DNA of 41,931 nucleotides from a virus (Duplodnaviria; Caudoviricetes): positions 1 to 41,931 of the IMG/VR virus record IMGVR_UViG_3300044541_000053; one strand, given 5' to 3'. Below the pieces are notes generated by a model. It was not told where the DNA came from. It saw only the letters and a program-made list of their open reading frames with translations, and made no database searches. Below, piece by piece: positions 33,963 through 41,931 of this stretch; position 1 is the stretch's first letter; the number at the start of each line of letters is the position of its first letter. The position numbers and the translations under genes are program-made.

Positions 33963-34258
33963 TCGAGCCCACGGTCGGGCGCGTCGTTTGGTTCTGGCCC
34001 GCCTCGACGAAGGGCAAGGCGGACGGGGGACAGCCCCTGGCCGCCACCATCGCCTACGTGCACAGCAACACCTGCGTCAATCTCACCGTGCATGACCGGG
34101 ACGGCGACACCTACGCGCTCACCTCCCAGACGCTCTGGCACGGCGACGGGGAGAGCCCGGACTACCCGCACTGCGAGTGGATGCCCTATCAGAAGGGCCA
34201 GGCCGCGAAGGTGGAGCAGCTCGAGGCAGCGATCAAGGACGGCTTCACCAAGCCATGA
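33959..34258 (+). CDS. Conserved phage hypothetical protein
   Basis: PTVGRVVWF...QPLAA.IAYVHS..VNL.V.D..G...CEWMPYQ.GQA. Confidence 0.78.
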   Translation: MIEPTVGRVVWFWPASTKGKADGGQPLAATIAYVHSNTCVNLTVHDRDGDTYALTSQTLWHGDGESPDYPHCEWMPYQKGQAAKVEQLEAAIKDGFTKP

Positions 34259-34677
34259 GCTCGAAGAGCCGCCACGATTCCGGCCTCGCCTTCACCATGG
34301 AGGAGGGCGATGCCGAGGAATCCTCCGACATGGCGATCGCGCGCCAGATCGGCCACGCGCTCAACAAGCACTATCCCGATTACCTGTGGCAGATCTCCGT
34401 GCAAGGCGGCGGCCTCGTGCTCAGGAACGCGTCCATCTCGATGGTGGCCGCTGCCTTCCTGCGGCGCGAGGGCTTCTCCTACCTGATGCCGCGAGAGAAG
34501 ATGGGCACGCCGAAAGAGATCGAGGAATCCGCAGTGCGCGCCGGTGGCGCCATGCTCGAGCTCTTCAGCCTGCCTCGAGGGAAGGCGCCCATTCCGGATC
34601 CCGATGCGCTCGCCGCCTCGGGCCTGGTCAAGATCCCCGCTGACTGGGTGAAGAAGCAGCAGAAGAATTTCGCGTGA
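34255..34677 (+). CDS. Hypothetical protein
   Basis: LNKHYP.Y.W...AVRAGG.MLE.F.LPRG motif; ATGA coupling. Confidence 0.7.
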   Translation: MSSKSRHDSGLAFTMEEGDAEESSDMAIARQIGHALNKHYPDYLWQISVQGGGLVLRNASISMVAAAFLRREGFSYLMPREKMGTPKEIEESAVRAGGAMLELFSLPRGKAPIPDPDALAASGLVKIPADWVKKQQKNFA

Positions 34678-34877
34678 CGGCGCTCGAGTCCCGGCTCTAC
34701 ATCTCGTTGCTGGGCGCCCGCACGATCGTCGCCGCGACGGCCAATGTGAACCCACAGGCGATCAAGATCCTGCGCCTGGTCGACTCGGCCGCTGCGGCCT
34801 ACAAAGCACAGAAGGACCTCGAGACCGTGCCCGAGGAAGACGACGAGGAAGAGGAAGCCGATGCCCCTGGAAACTGA
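34674..34877 (+). CDS. Hypothetical protein with an acidic tail
   Basis: GTGA coupling. Confidence 0.55.
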   Translation: MTALESRLYISLLGARTIVAATANVNPQAIKILRLVDSAAAAYKAQKDLETVPEEDDEEEEADAPGN

Positions 34878-37089
34878 ACCGAACAGCTCGATGCGCCCGC
34901 AGCCGCCGGCGATCCGCGATCCCGACTCTTCGGGCGGTGTCTCGAAGCCCATGCGGCCGCAACCGCCGAGCATCCGCGACCCGCAACGCGGCGAAGCGGA
35001 CTTGACCTACATGGGCGCCGAGGAGGAGATCGCGGACGCCGCGGAGGACGAGAACGACACCGAGCGGCCCTACGAACGCGACGACATGCCCGATTGGGAG
35101 AAGCGCGGCAAGGACGCGATGCGCTTCTCGACCACGTATCTCGACAGCAATTACCGGCAGCAGTGGGACGATTCTCTCCGTGCGTTCAATAACCAGCATC
35201 CTGGCGACTCTAAGTACAACAGCGAGAGCTTTCGCAAGCGATCTCACCTCTTCGTACCGGTCACTCGTACGGTCATTCGCAAGAACGAGGCGGCTGCATG
35301 CAAGGCGTTCTTCTCGAACCACGATGTGAGCTCGATCCGCGCCAACAACCAGGGAGACCCGAAGCAGGTGTTGGGCGCCGCGGTCATGAAGGAGCTGATC
35401 CAGTGGCGCTGCACGCACACGATCCCCTGGTTCAAGGTGCTGGTGGGCGGGATCCAGGATGCGCAGAAGCAGGGCGCCTGCATCGCGCACGTGCACTGGC
35501 AGTACAAGACCCGCAAGGACGCCAGCGGCAAGACGGTGGTGTCGAAGGACACGCCGTGCGTGGATTTGAAGCCGCTCGAGAACTTCCGCTTCGACCCGAA
35601 CGCCTCGTGGATGGATCCGGTGAACGACTCGCCGTACTTCATCGAGTTGGTCGACATGTATGTGGGCGACGTGCGCGAGAAGATGAAGCGCGCGGATCCC
35701 AAGGGCCGCAAGTGGATCGAGTATCCGATGTCGGACATCAAGAGCGAGAATCCCGACGATTCCACCCGCGCGGCCCGTTTAGGCAACCAGCAGGACCCGA
35801 CGCAAGAGACCCGCGATATCTCCGACTACGAGGTCTGCTGGGTGCAGCGCCACATCCACCGCTGGGACGGTAATGACTGGGAATTCTGGGCGCTGCAGAA
35901 CGGCAAGCTCCTGACCGAGCCCGAGCTCCTCGAGAAGACGGTGTTCCACGGCAAACGGCCGTACGTGCTCGGGATTGCGGTGCTCGAGACGCACAAGCCG
36001 TTGCCGATCTCGGTGCCGGCGCTGGTCAAGCCGCTGCAGGACGGCATCAACAGCCTGGAGAATTCGCGCACCGACAACGTGCTCTTCGTGCTCAACAAGC
36101 GCCACAAGGTCAAGCGCGGCGCGAACGTCGACACCGCGGCGCTGGTGCGGAACGTGCCGGGCGGCATCGTCATGGTCGACAACCTGGAGGACATGGAGGA
36201 GCTGAGCTCGCCCGACGTGACCGCGAGTTCCTACCAGGAAGAGGACCGCAAGCGCCAGGCCTTCGATGATCTCGTCGGCAACTTCAATCCCATGCAGCTG
36301 CACCAGGCGGGCGCGCCGCGCGAAGCGCAGGGCACGGTGCGCATGCTGCAGGGGCCGGCGTCCGAGATGACCGAGTACATGCTGCAGACCTTCGCGATCA
36401 CCTTCGTGGTCGAGGTGATCCGGCAACTGGTGCTGTTAGAGCAACACTACGAAACGGACAAAGCAGTCCTCGCGATCGCCGGCCAGAATGCGGAAGCGTT
36501 TCAGAAGTTCGGCGTCGATGAGGTGACCGACGAGATGCTCGATCAGGAGCTCACCACCACGGTCAACGTCGGCATGGGCAGCACCGACAGCATGGCGATG
36601 ATGCAGCGCCTCATCTACGGCCTCGACGCCTTTGCGAAGATCAGCGCCAAGCCGCTGCCGGGCGTCAACCTCGCCGAGGTGTGGAAGGAGATCATGGCGC
36701 TGTGCGGTTACCAGGACGGCAAGCGCTTCTCGACCCAGGGCAACCAGGAGATGGCGAAGCTCGAGCAGGTCAACAAGCAGCTGATGCAGCTGGTGCAGGA
36801 CCTGAAGCGCCACAAGAACGACCGGGAGCAGGGGAATGTGCTCTCGTTCGTCGCCAAGCGCGAGGCGATCCAGTCGAAGGAGCGGATCGCCTCCAAGCAG
36901 CACGACGGCGCCCGGGAGCTCACCTACCACCAGCACATCCTGGATCAGGACGATGCGCTGCTCGCGCACGTGCTCGGCAAGGACCAGGCCGAGCAACAAG
37001 GGCAGCAACAGGCGCAACTTTCCGAGCAGAACGCGCAACAGGCGCAGGCAGCGGCCGCCGCCAAGCCTGCGCCTAGTGCGGCCGCATGA
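34861..37089 (+). CDS. Portal protein (P22-like)
   Basis: 742 aa; FRFDPNA, LQD.IN..N.R.DN...LN, PGGIV motifs; Gln-rich C-terminal barrel; precedes scaffold and capsid. Confidence 0.88.
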   Translation: MPLETEPNSSMRPQPPAIRDPDSSGGVSKPMRPQPPSIRDPQRGEADLTYMGAEEEIADAAEDENDTERPYERDDMPDWEKRGKDAMRFSTTYLDSNYRQQWDDSLRAFNNQHPGDSKYNSESFRKRSHLFVPVTRTVIRKNEAAACKAFFSNHDVSSIRANNQGDPKQVLGAAVMKELIQWRCTHTIPWFKVLVGGIQDAQKQGACIAHVHWQYKTRKDASGKTVVSKDTPCVDLKPLENFRFDPNASWMDPVNDSPYFIELVDMYVGDVREKMKRADPKGRKWIEYPMSDIKSENPDDSTRAARLGNQQDPTQETRDISDYEVCWVQRHIHRWDGNDWEFWALQNGKLLTEPELLEKTVFHGKRPYVLGIAVLETHKPLPISVPALVKPLQDGINSLENSRTDNVLFVLNKRHKVKRGANVDTAALVRNVPGGIVMVDNLEDMEELSSPDVTASSYQEEDRKRQAFDDLVGNFNPMQLHQAGAPREAQGTVRMLQGPASEMTEYMLQTFAITFVVEVIRQLVLLEQHYETDKAVLAIAGQNAEAFQKFGVDEVTDEMLDQELTTTVNVGMGSTDSMAMMQRLIYGLDAFAKISAKPLPGVNLAEVWKEIMALCGYQDGKRFSTQGNQEMAKLEQVNKQLMQLVQDLKRHKNDREQGNVLSFVAKREAIQSKERIASKQHDGARELTYHQHILDQDDALLAHVLGKDQAEQQGQQQAQLSEQNAQQAQAAAAAKPAPSAAA

Positions 37090-37388
37090 GGGCGGCGAAT
37101 CTCGATCCCAATGATCCCCTGGTGCGGGCGGCGGTATTCGGCGAGAAGGTGCAGGAATTCCTGCGCGGCGACATCGGCGACTTCCTGCTGAAGCGAGCCG
37201 AGACGGAGCTGGCCGCGGCCCTCGAGTCGCTGAAATCGGTGGACCCGGGCAAGACGACGGCCGTGGTGGTGCTGCAGGAGCGGATCCGGCAGCTTGAGCA
37301 CTTCGAGTCCTGGTTGGGCAATGCTGTACTAGAGGGCCTCACGGCCATATCCGTAATCGAGGGAGAGGAAGATGCCGAAGACGCCTGA
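37086..37388 (+). CDS. Small helical protein after the portal
   Basis: ATGA coupling; usual podoviral position. Confidence 0.7.
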   Translation: MRAANLDPNDPLVRAAVFGEKVQEFLRGDIGDFLLKRAETELAAALESLKSVDPGKTTAVVVLQERIRQLEHFESWLGNAVLEGLTAISVIEGEEDAEDA

Positions 37389-38523
37389 AGAGATCGCCGC
37401 CGACGAGAAGGCCGCGAGCGATGCGCAGCGCGAGCAGCTGGCGCGCGAAGCGAACAAGAAACGCAACGATGCCATGCTCGAGGCGCGCAACGCGATCGCC
37501 GACAACGCGGACGACATCAAGACCGACGAGGACGATCTGGTGCCGCTCACCGATGAGGTGTGGGATCAGAACGATCGGCCCGAAGATGCCAAGCGCAAGA
37601 CCCGCGCCGAGCGCCTGGCCGACCAGGAGGCCGAGGAAGAAGAAGCCGAGCTCACCGAGGAGGAAGCTGCGGCGCGATTGATCCGCGCGAAAGAGGCGGA
37701 AGACCGCGAGCTCGATGATGCGCGCGACGCCGGCGCCGATGATTCGCGGCAGCGTAAAGACGGCACGGTCGAGTACCGCCTCGTCGTCAATGGCAAAGAG
37801 AAGTGGCTCACACTTCGGCAGCTGCGCGAGTCCGCGGGCAAGGTCGACGCGGCGGATGAGTATTTACAGGACGCCAAGGAAGGTGCTACAAACGGCCCCA
37901 CTCGTAGGACCTCTCCTACCGACGCCGAGCGAGAGCAAGCGCGTCGAGAGGCTGAGGAGCGGCGAAAAGAGGAACGAGCAACGCTTCGAGCGAAGCTGGT
38001 TGATCTGAATACCCGCGCTTCGATGGGTGACGATGCGGCGATAAACGAGCTGGCAGACATGCAGTTAGAGGCTATCCAGGGTGACTCCGGACGTCTCATG
38101 CGCATGGTGGATGAGCGCGTTGATTCGCGAATAGTGGGACGCACCGACTTTCAAAAGGCGGTGGACTGGTTCGAGGACGAGTACTCGGACGTGCTGACGA
38201 CCCCGCGCTTGAAGACCGAAGCTGGACGATTGGACGTGGAGCTCGCCAATGCGAATCCCGACCTCTCCCCCCGCGACCGTCTCGACAAGGTGGGCAAGCA
38301 GATGCGCCAGTTGAGGGAAGACCTCGGCGGGGCGCCACGTCGCAAGGACACGCCGAGAGCTGAGTCCAAGCTCGAGCGAAAGAAGAACGCGCCCCAGATT
38401 CCGACGGCAGCGGGTCGACAGCGACCGGACGCCGAACCGGATGAGCAAGAGAGCACGCAGGACGCGATCCGCAAGATGGCGCAGTCCCGCGGGCAGGCGC
38501 GAGCGATCTCGCACAAACATTAG
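37372..38523 (+). CDS. Capsid scaffolding protein
   Basis: Highly acidic, helical; YRLVVNGKEK..TL..L motif; directly before the capsid gene. Confidence 0.8.
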   Translation: MPKTPEEIAADEKAASDAQREQLAREANKKRNDAMLEARNAIADNADDIKTDEDDLVPLTDEVWDQNDRPEDAKRKTRAERLADQEAEEEEAELTEEEAAARLIRAKEAEDRELDDARDAGADDSRQRKDGTVEYRLVVNGKEKWLTLRQLRESAGKVDAADEYLQDAKEGATNGPTRRTSPTDAEREQARREAEERRKEERATLRAKLVDLNTRASMGDDAAINELADMQLEAIQGDSGRLMRMVDERVDSRIVGRTDFQKAVDWFEDEYSDVLTTPRLKTEAGRLDVELANANPDLSPRDRLDKVGKQMRQLREDLGGAPRRKDTPRAESKLERKKNAPQIPTAAGRQRPDAEPDEQESTQDAIRKMAQSRGQARAISHKH

Positions 38524-38565
38524 GGGTCACCATCGCCAAGTGGTGGCTCTGCAGGAGTCACCACA

Positions 38566-39537
38566 ATGGCAGGCCAAGTCTGGGCAATCTCGTCTCTGGG
38601 CGGCTATTTCTACAGTCGCCAACTCTCGAACGTCATGCGCGCTGCGGTCCAGCCGCTGGTTAAATTCCGCCAATTCGCCGACGTTCACGACATCTCGCAA
38701 CAGGGCAAGAAGAAGGGCGATTCCTTCACCTGGGATGTGTTCTCGGACGTGGCGCAGGCCGGCGGGATCCTCACCGAAACCAACACGATGCCGGAGACCA
38801 ACTTCACCATCGTCCAAGGCACGCTGACGGTCACCGAAGGCGGCAACTCGATCCCGTACAGCGCGAAGCTCGACAACCTGTCGAAGTTCCCGGTCGAGGA
38901 CATCATCAAGAAGGTCTTGAAGAACGATGCGGTCAAGTTCTTCGATCGCCTGTCCTGGGGACAATTCAACCAGACGCTGCTGCGGGTCATTCCGGTCGGC
39001 GGCAACTCGGTAAACGCGGTGGTGCTCTACACCAACGGCACGGTCACCGGCACCAACAACATCGCCTACTCGAATGCCCACGCCAAGGCGATCACCGATG
39101 CGATGAAGGAGCGCAATATCCCGGCCTACGTGGCGGATGACTACTACTCGCTCGGCTGGCCGACGACCTTGCGCACGTTGAAGAACTCGCTCGAGACCAT
39201 CCACCAGTACTCGGACACGGGCTTCAACCTCATCATGAATGCGGAGATCGGCCGCTACGAGAACACCCGCTACATCGAGCAGACCAACGTCGCGAAGGGC
39301 AGCGGCACCGACGGCGTGACCACGACCCCCTGGGTCAATGGGCAATCCGACTGGTTGTTCTTCTTCGGCAATGACACGGTGGCCGAGGCGGTGGTAGTGC
39401 CCGAGGAAATGCGCGGCAAGATCCCGACCGACTACGGGCGCAGCAAGGGCATCGCCTGGTACTACCTGGGCGGCTTCGGCATCGTGCACACGCTCGCGTC
39501 GAACGGCCGCATCGTCAAATGGGATTCCGCTGCATAA
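38566..39537 (+). CDS. Major capsid protein (N4-gp56-like HK97 fold)
   Basis: KFRQFAD, GK.KGD.F, E.GNS.PY..KL, EIGRYE..R.IE, DYGRSKGIAWY..GGF; RBS AGGAG. Confidence 0.9.
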   Translation: MAGQVWAISSLGGYFYSRQLSNVMRAAVQPLVKFRQFADVHDISQQGKKKGDSFTWDVFSDVAQAGGILTETNTMPETNFTIVQGTLTVTEGGNSIPYSAKLDNLSKFPVEDIIKKVLKNDAVKFFDRLSWGQFNQTLLRVIPVGGNSVNAVVLYTNGTVTGTNNIAYSNAHAKAITDAMKERNIPAYVADDYYSLGWPTTLRTLKNSLETIHQYSDTGFNLIMNAEIGRYENTRYIEQTNVAKGSGTDGVTTTPWVNGQSDWLFFFGNDTVAEAVVVPEEMRGKIPTDYGRSKGIAWYYLGGFGIVHTLASNGRIVKWDSAA

Positions 39538-39554
39538 GCAGCTCTGAACGGGTG

Positions 39555-39578
39555 GGGTGAGGGCCTTCTCCCTCACCC
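39555..39578 (+). terminator. Strong hairpin after the capsid gene (no U-tract; pause or stabiliser)
   Basis: GGGTGAGGG-CCTTCT-CCCTCACCC. Confidence 0.5.
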
Positions 39579-39626
39579 GCTTCCAAGCCCCAACAACGCA
39601 GGAGAGGCCTGTCTTAGGAGCAAGAA

Positions 39627-40163
39627 ATGTCTAGCAGCACGGGCTCACCGAAGAGCATGGGCTACGACCATCCGTCGTACACCACGCGCCAATTACTCGG
39701 GCAATCGATCATGACGGCGGGATCCGGCGGCGTGTCGGGCAAGTTCGTCGCGCACGCGGCCCTGGTTCTCTTCGGTCTCAACGCCTACACCACGATCGCG
39801 GGCACCTCGACCTACACCTTCACGCAAGGCGGCACCGGCACGGTCGCGGTCGCGGCCACGCAGCTCTCGGTGATCCGCATCACCAACACGGCGAGCGCCG
39901 GCGCCACCATCGCGCTGTCGACCAGCACGTATGGTCCGTACACGGTCGGCGGCGGCTTTGTCGGCAGCGGCACGCAGACCAACCAGATCGGCGCCTACAG
40001 CCAGTTCCAGCTGAACACCAACACCGGTACCGCGGGCGCCGGCGGCATTGCGATCAACCAGGGAGACCAGATCTACGTCGTCAACGGCACGGATGCCACC
40101 GCGGTTGAATTGGTTGCGATCGATTATCAGATCCAGCCGGTCACGGGCGCGGTGTTGAGTTAG
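39627..40163 (+). CDS. Thr/Gly-rich virion protein (capsid decoration candidate)
   Basis: Follows the capsid gene; RBS AGGAG; beta-rich and almost uncharged. Confidence 0.65.
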   Translation: MSSSTGSPKSMGYDHPSYTTRQLLGQSIMTAGSGGVSGKFVAHAALVLFGLNAYTTIAGTSTYTFTQGGTGTVAVAATQLSVIRITNTASAGATIALSTSTYGPYTVGGGFVGSGTQTNQIGAYSQFQLNTNTGTAGAGGIAINQGDQIYVVNGTDATAVELVAIDYQIQPVTGAVLS

Positions 40164-40180
40164 TCGTCTTCCTCGTCGGT

Positions 40181-40207
40181 GGCGGGACTCACACCGCCTT
40201 TTTTCTT
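40181..40207 (+). terminator. Intrinsic terminator
   Basis: GGCGG-N8-CCGCC-TTTTTTCTT. Confidence 0.65.
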
Positions 40208-40228
40208 CAAGCTCCAAGGAGAGCGCAC

Positions 40229-40474
40229 ATGGCAGGCAAGGCAAAGCAACCGGACGTCGGCGTCCTTCCCGATTCATCGAAGGTGGTGAACGGCGAGCGG
40301 GTCGGGATCAAAGATTCGGGGTACCTCGACAAGAAGGGCACCACGGGCGCGGATACCCTCATGCTCTCGATGCCGCCCGGCATGAACATCGAGAATCAGA
40401 AGCTCTCCGATCAGCACGAGATGCCGATGAAGACGGTCACCTCGTTGGGCTATCCCGGCGACGGCTGGACCTGA
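40229..40474 (+). CDS. Small disordered protein carrying the MPPGMxIENQ motif
   Basis: RBS AAGGAG; motif shared with the next ORF. Confidence 0.7.
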   Translation: MAGKAKQPDVGVLPDSSKVVNGERVGIKDSGYLDKKGTTGADTLMLSMPPGMNIENQKLSDQHEMPMKTVTSLGYPGDGWT

Positions 40475-40487
40475 AGGATCCGCCGTC

Positions 40488-40874
40488 GTGCCCGGGATCA
40501 TGCAAGAGAAGTTCCAAGTCGACAACGCGCCGAACGCGAACGATAACGCGCATTCCGGCTGGGCGACCGATGCATCAGCGCGCACCAAGAAGGGCGGCAG
40601 CGCACCACGCGGGCCGACGCCGATGCCCCCCGGCATGAGCATCGAGAATCAAGCGCGCAGCGATCAGAACCCGATGCCGCTGTCGATGGGCGGGGAGTCG
40701 GATGTCTCGGCCGACTGGAATTCGGAGGCAGTGAAGAAGGGCTTCAGCCGCAAGCCCATGCGCGCGACCGACGATGAGTACTCGAACGCCCACGTCGATG
40801 CCTTCTACGATGAGATCAACGTCGACGGCGATGTCGGGTTTGCTGAGCGCAACAACGTGCTGGATCGACTCTAG
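40488..40874 (+). CDS. Small disordered protein carrying the MPPGMxIENQ motif
   Basis: AAGGA upstream; motif shared with the previous ORF. Confidence 0.7.
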   Translation: MPGIMQEKFQVDNAPNANDNAHSGWATDASARTKKGGSAPRGPTPMPPGMSIENQARSDQNPMPLSMGGESDVSADWNSEAVKKGFSRKPMRATDDEYSNAHVDAFYDEINVDGDVGFAERNNVLDRL

Positions 40875-41215
40875 TGCCCGCGCAGCTCGGTGTCGGCAAT
40901 TGCCAGTACACGGCGATCTCGACCGCCGGCACCACCACGTTGAATCAAGCCCAGCTGGGTCCGATCGCCGCGAGCCCGGGCGTGCTCTATGGCATGGTCT
41001 CGATCGACGCGGGCACCGGGTTTGCGGCAACGGTGTACGACATTGTTCCGGCCTCCGCCGCCACGGCCATCACCACCAACACGCTGCTGTCCGGCACGGG
41101 ATCCGCCGGTCAGCGCTTCCCGGCCGGCCTCGAGGGCGTGGGCGTGCGGTATCGCGGCGCGCTGGTGGTGGTGAGCAGCGGCACGCCCGGGAAGATCAAC
41201 GCACTCTGGGATTAG
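40874..41215 (+). CDS. Small beta-rich virion protein
   Basis: Uncharged composition; virion module. Confidence 0.6.
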   Translation: MPAQLGVGNCQYTAISTAGTTTLNQAQLGPIAASPGVLYGMVSIDAGTGFAATVYDIVPASAATAITTNTLLSGTGSAGQRFPAGLEGVGVRYRGALVVVSSGTPGKINALWD

Positions 41216-41230
41216 ACGAGGAGACAGGAA

Positions 41231-41605
41231 ATGGCAGCAACAGCAAAAAAACCGAAGATCGAGCGCGATCGCTTCACCGCCGATGGCGTGCGGTTGTTCA
41301 ACATCAGCAAAGAGCACGGCGTCGTCTACTGCGACGGCTTCATGGAGGTCAAGTACATCCAGGAGTACGAGGGCCGCGAGATCCACTACAAGGGCGATGG
41401 CACGCCGGTCGGCTACGTCTCGGGGCAACCGCTGCCGAAGTTCATCGACGAAGTGGAACAGGAGAACCTCGAGCTCAAGCAGCGCATCAAGGACCTCGAG
41501 GACTCGCAGAAGAAGACCAACGAGCTCCTGGCACGGCTCTCGGCCCAGCTCGAGGCCAAGCCACCGGTCAGCGCCGCAGCGCCGGCGACTCCGAAGACCA
41601 AGTAA
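41231..41605 (+). CDS. Hypothetical protein with a C-terminal coiled coil
   Basis: RBS GAGGAG/AGGA. Confidence 0.7.
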   Translation: MAATAKKPKIERDRFTADGVRLFNISKEHGVVYCDGFMEVKYIQEYEGREIHYKGDGTPVGYVSGQPLPKFIDEVEQENLELKQRIKDLEDSQKKTNELLARLSAQLEAKPPVSAAAPATPKTK

Positions 41606-41608
41606 CGC

Positions 41609-41931
41609 ATGTCCTACGACGCACCATTGGCGCTGATCGCGCAGCGCGCGATCCCGTTCATCATCGCGCCCACGGGCACGATGGGCGCCAATGGTGCGCT
41701 CACCTTGGGCACGGCGCTGCCGACGATCTACGCGAACGCCTACGTGTTCCTGCCGGCGAATGCGATCGCCACCGGCATTCCCGCCGGCTGGTACTTCACC
41801 CAGTTCAGCTCGACGACCGTAGGGATCGTCTACAACCATCTCTGCTCGAGCGGTGTGCCCACGATTCCCGGGATCTTGCGGCCCTTCGTCACGCCGAGCG
41901 TGGGTGCGTACACCGGCGTCACCGCGCAGCA
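41609..41931 (+). CDS. 5' part of the junction-spanning virion protein (continues to 495)
   Basis: MSYDAPLALIAQRAIPFIIAPTGTMGANGAL...; frame stays open into the terminal repeat. Confidence 0.8.
   Translation, partial: MSYDAPLALIAQRAIPFIIAPTGTMGANGALTLGTALPTIYANAYVFLPANAIATGIPAGWYFTQFSSTTVGIVYNHLCSSGVPTIPGILRPFVTPSVGAYTGVTAQ

Noticed and set aside
41819-41931. Biological direct terminal repeat
   Set aside because: It falls mid-gene and is most simply an assembly overlap of a circular or permuted genome; real termini cannot be inferred.
1-41931. Very frequent CTCGAG/TCGA as a signal; genome-wide stop-codon recoding
   Set aside because: CTCGAG is explained by preferred CTC-GAG (Leu-Glu) codons, and all three stops end well-supported genes under the standard code.

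Overview
The window looks like a complete, circularly permuted, GC-rich temperate phage genome of about 41.8 kb: bases 41819-41931 repeat bases 1-113, and one ORF reads across the junction. The architecture is P22-like podoviral: terS/terL, portal, scaffold, N4-gp56-type major capsid, gp4/gp10-like tail hub, three ejection proteins, two tailspike/fibre genes, and an endolysin-holin-Rz/Rz1 lysis cassette. It has a tyrosine integrase and Xis, an intact attP carrying the 3' half of a tRNA-Met(CAT), and a cI/cro switch with readable operators and promoters. The host is probably a proteobacterium (CsrA, spanins, IHF sites). Five features stand out. (1) A split heptose system: a GmhA-like isomerase and an HldC-like nucleotidyltransferase in the early/middle region, plus a methyltransferase-GT9 heptosyltransferase fusion in the virion module. 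(2) Further modification enzymes among the structural genes: a 2OG-Fe hydroxylase, a GNAT and a PurD-like ATP-grasp ligase. (3) No recognisable replication initiator, helicase or primase; their usual slot holds a hairpin-rich stretch of about 230 nt ending in a perfect DnaA box. (4) A DUF6948-like gene coupled to a protein with a perfect (GGG-TCC/TAC/GAC)x30 tract. (5) Several candidate overprinted +1-frame ORFs. All family assignments come from motif recognition by eye, not database searches.
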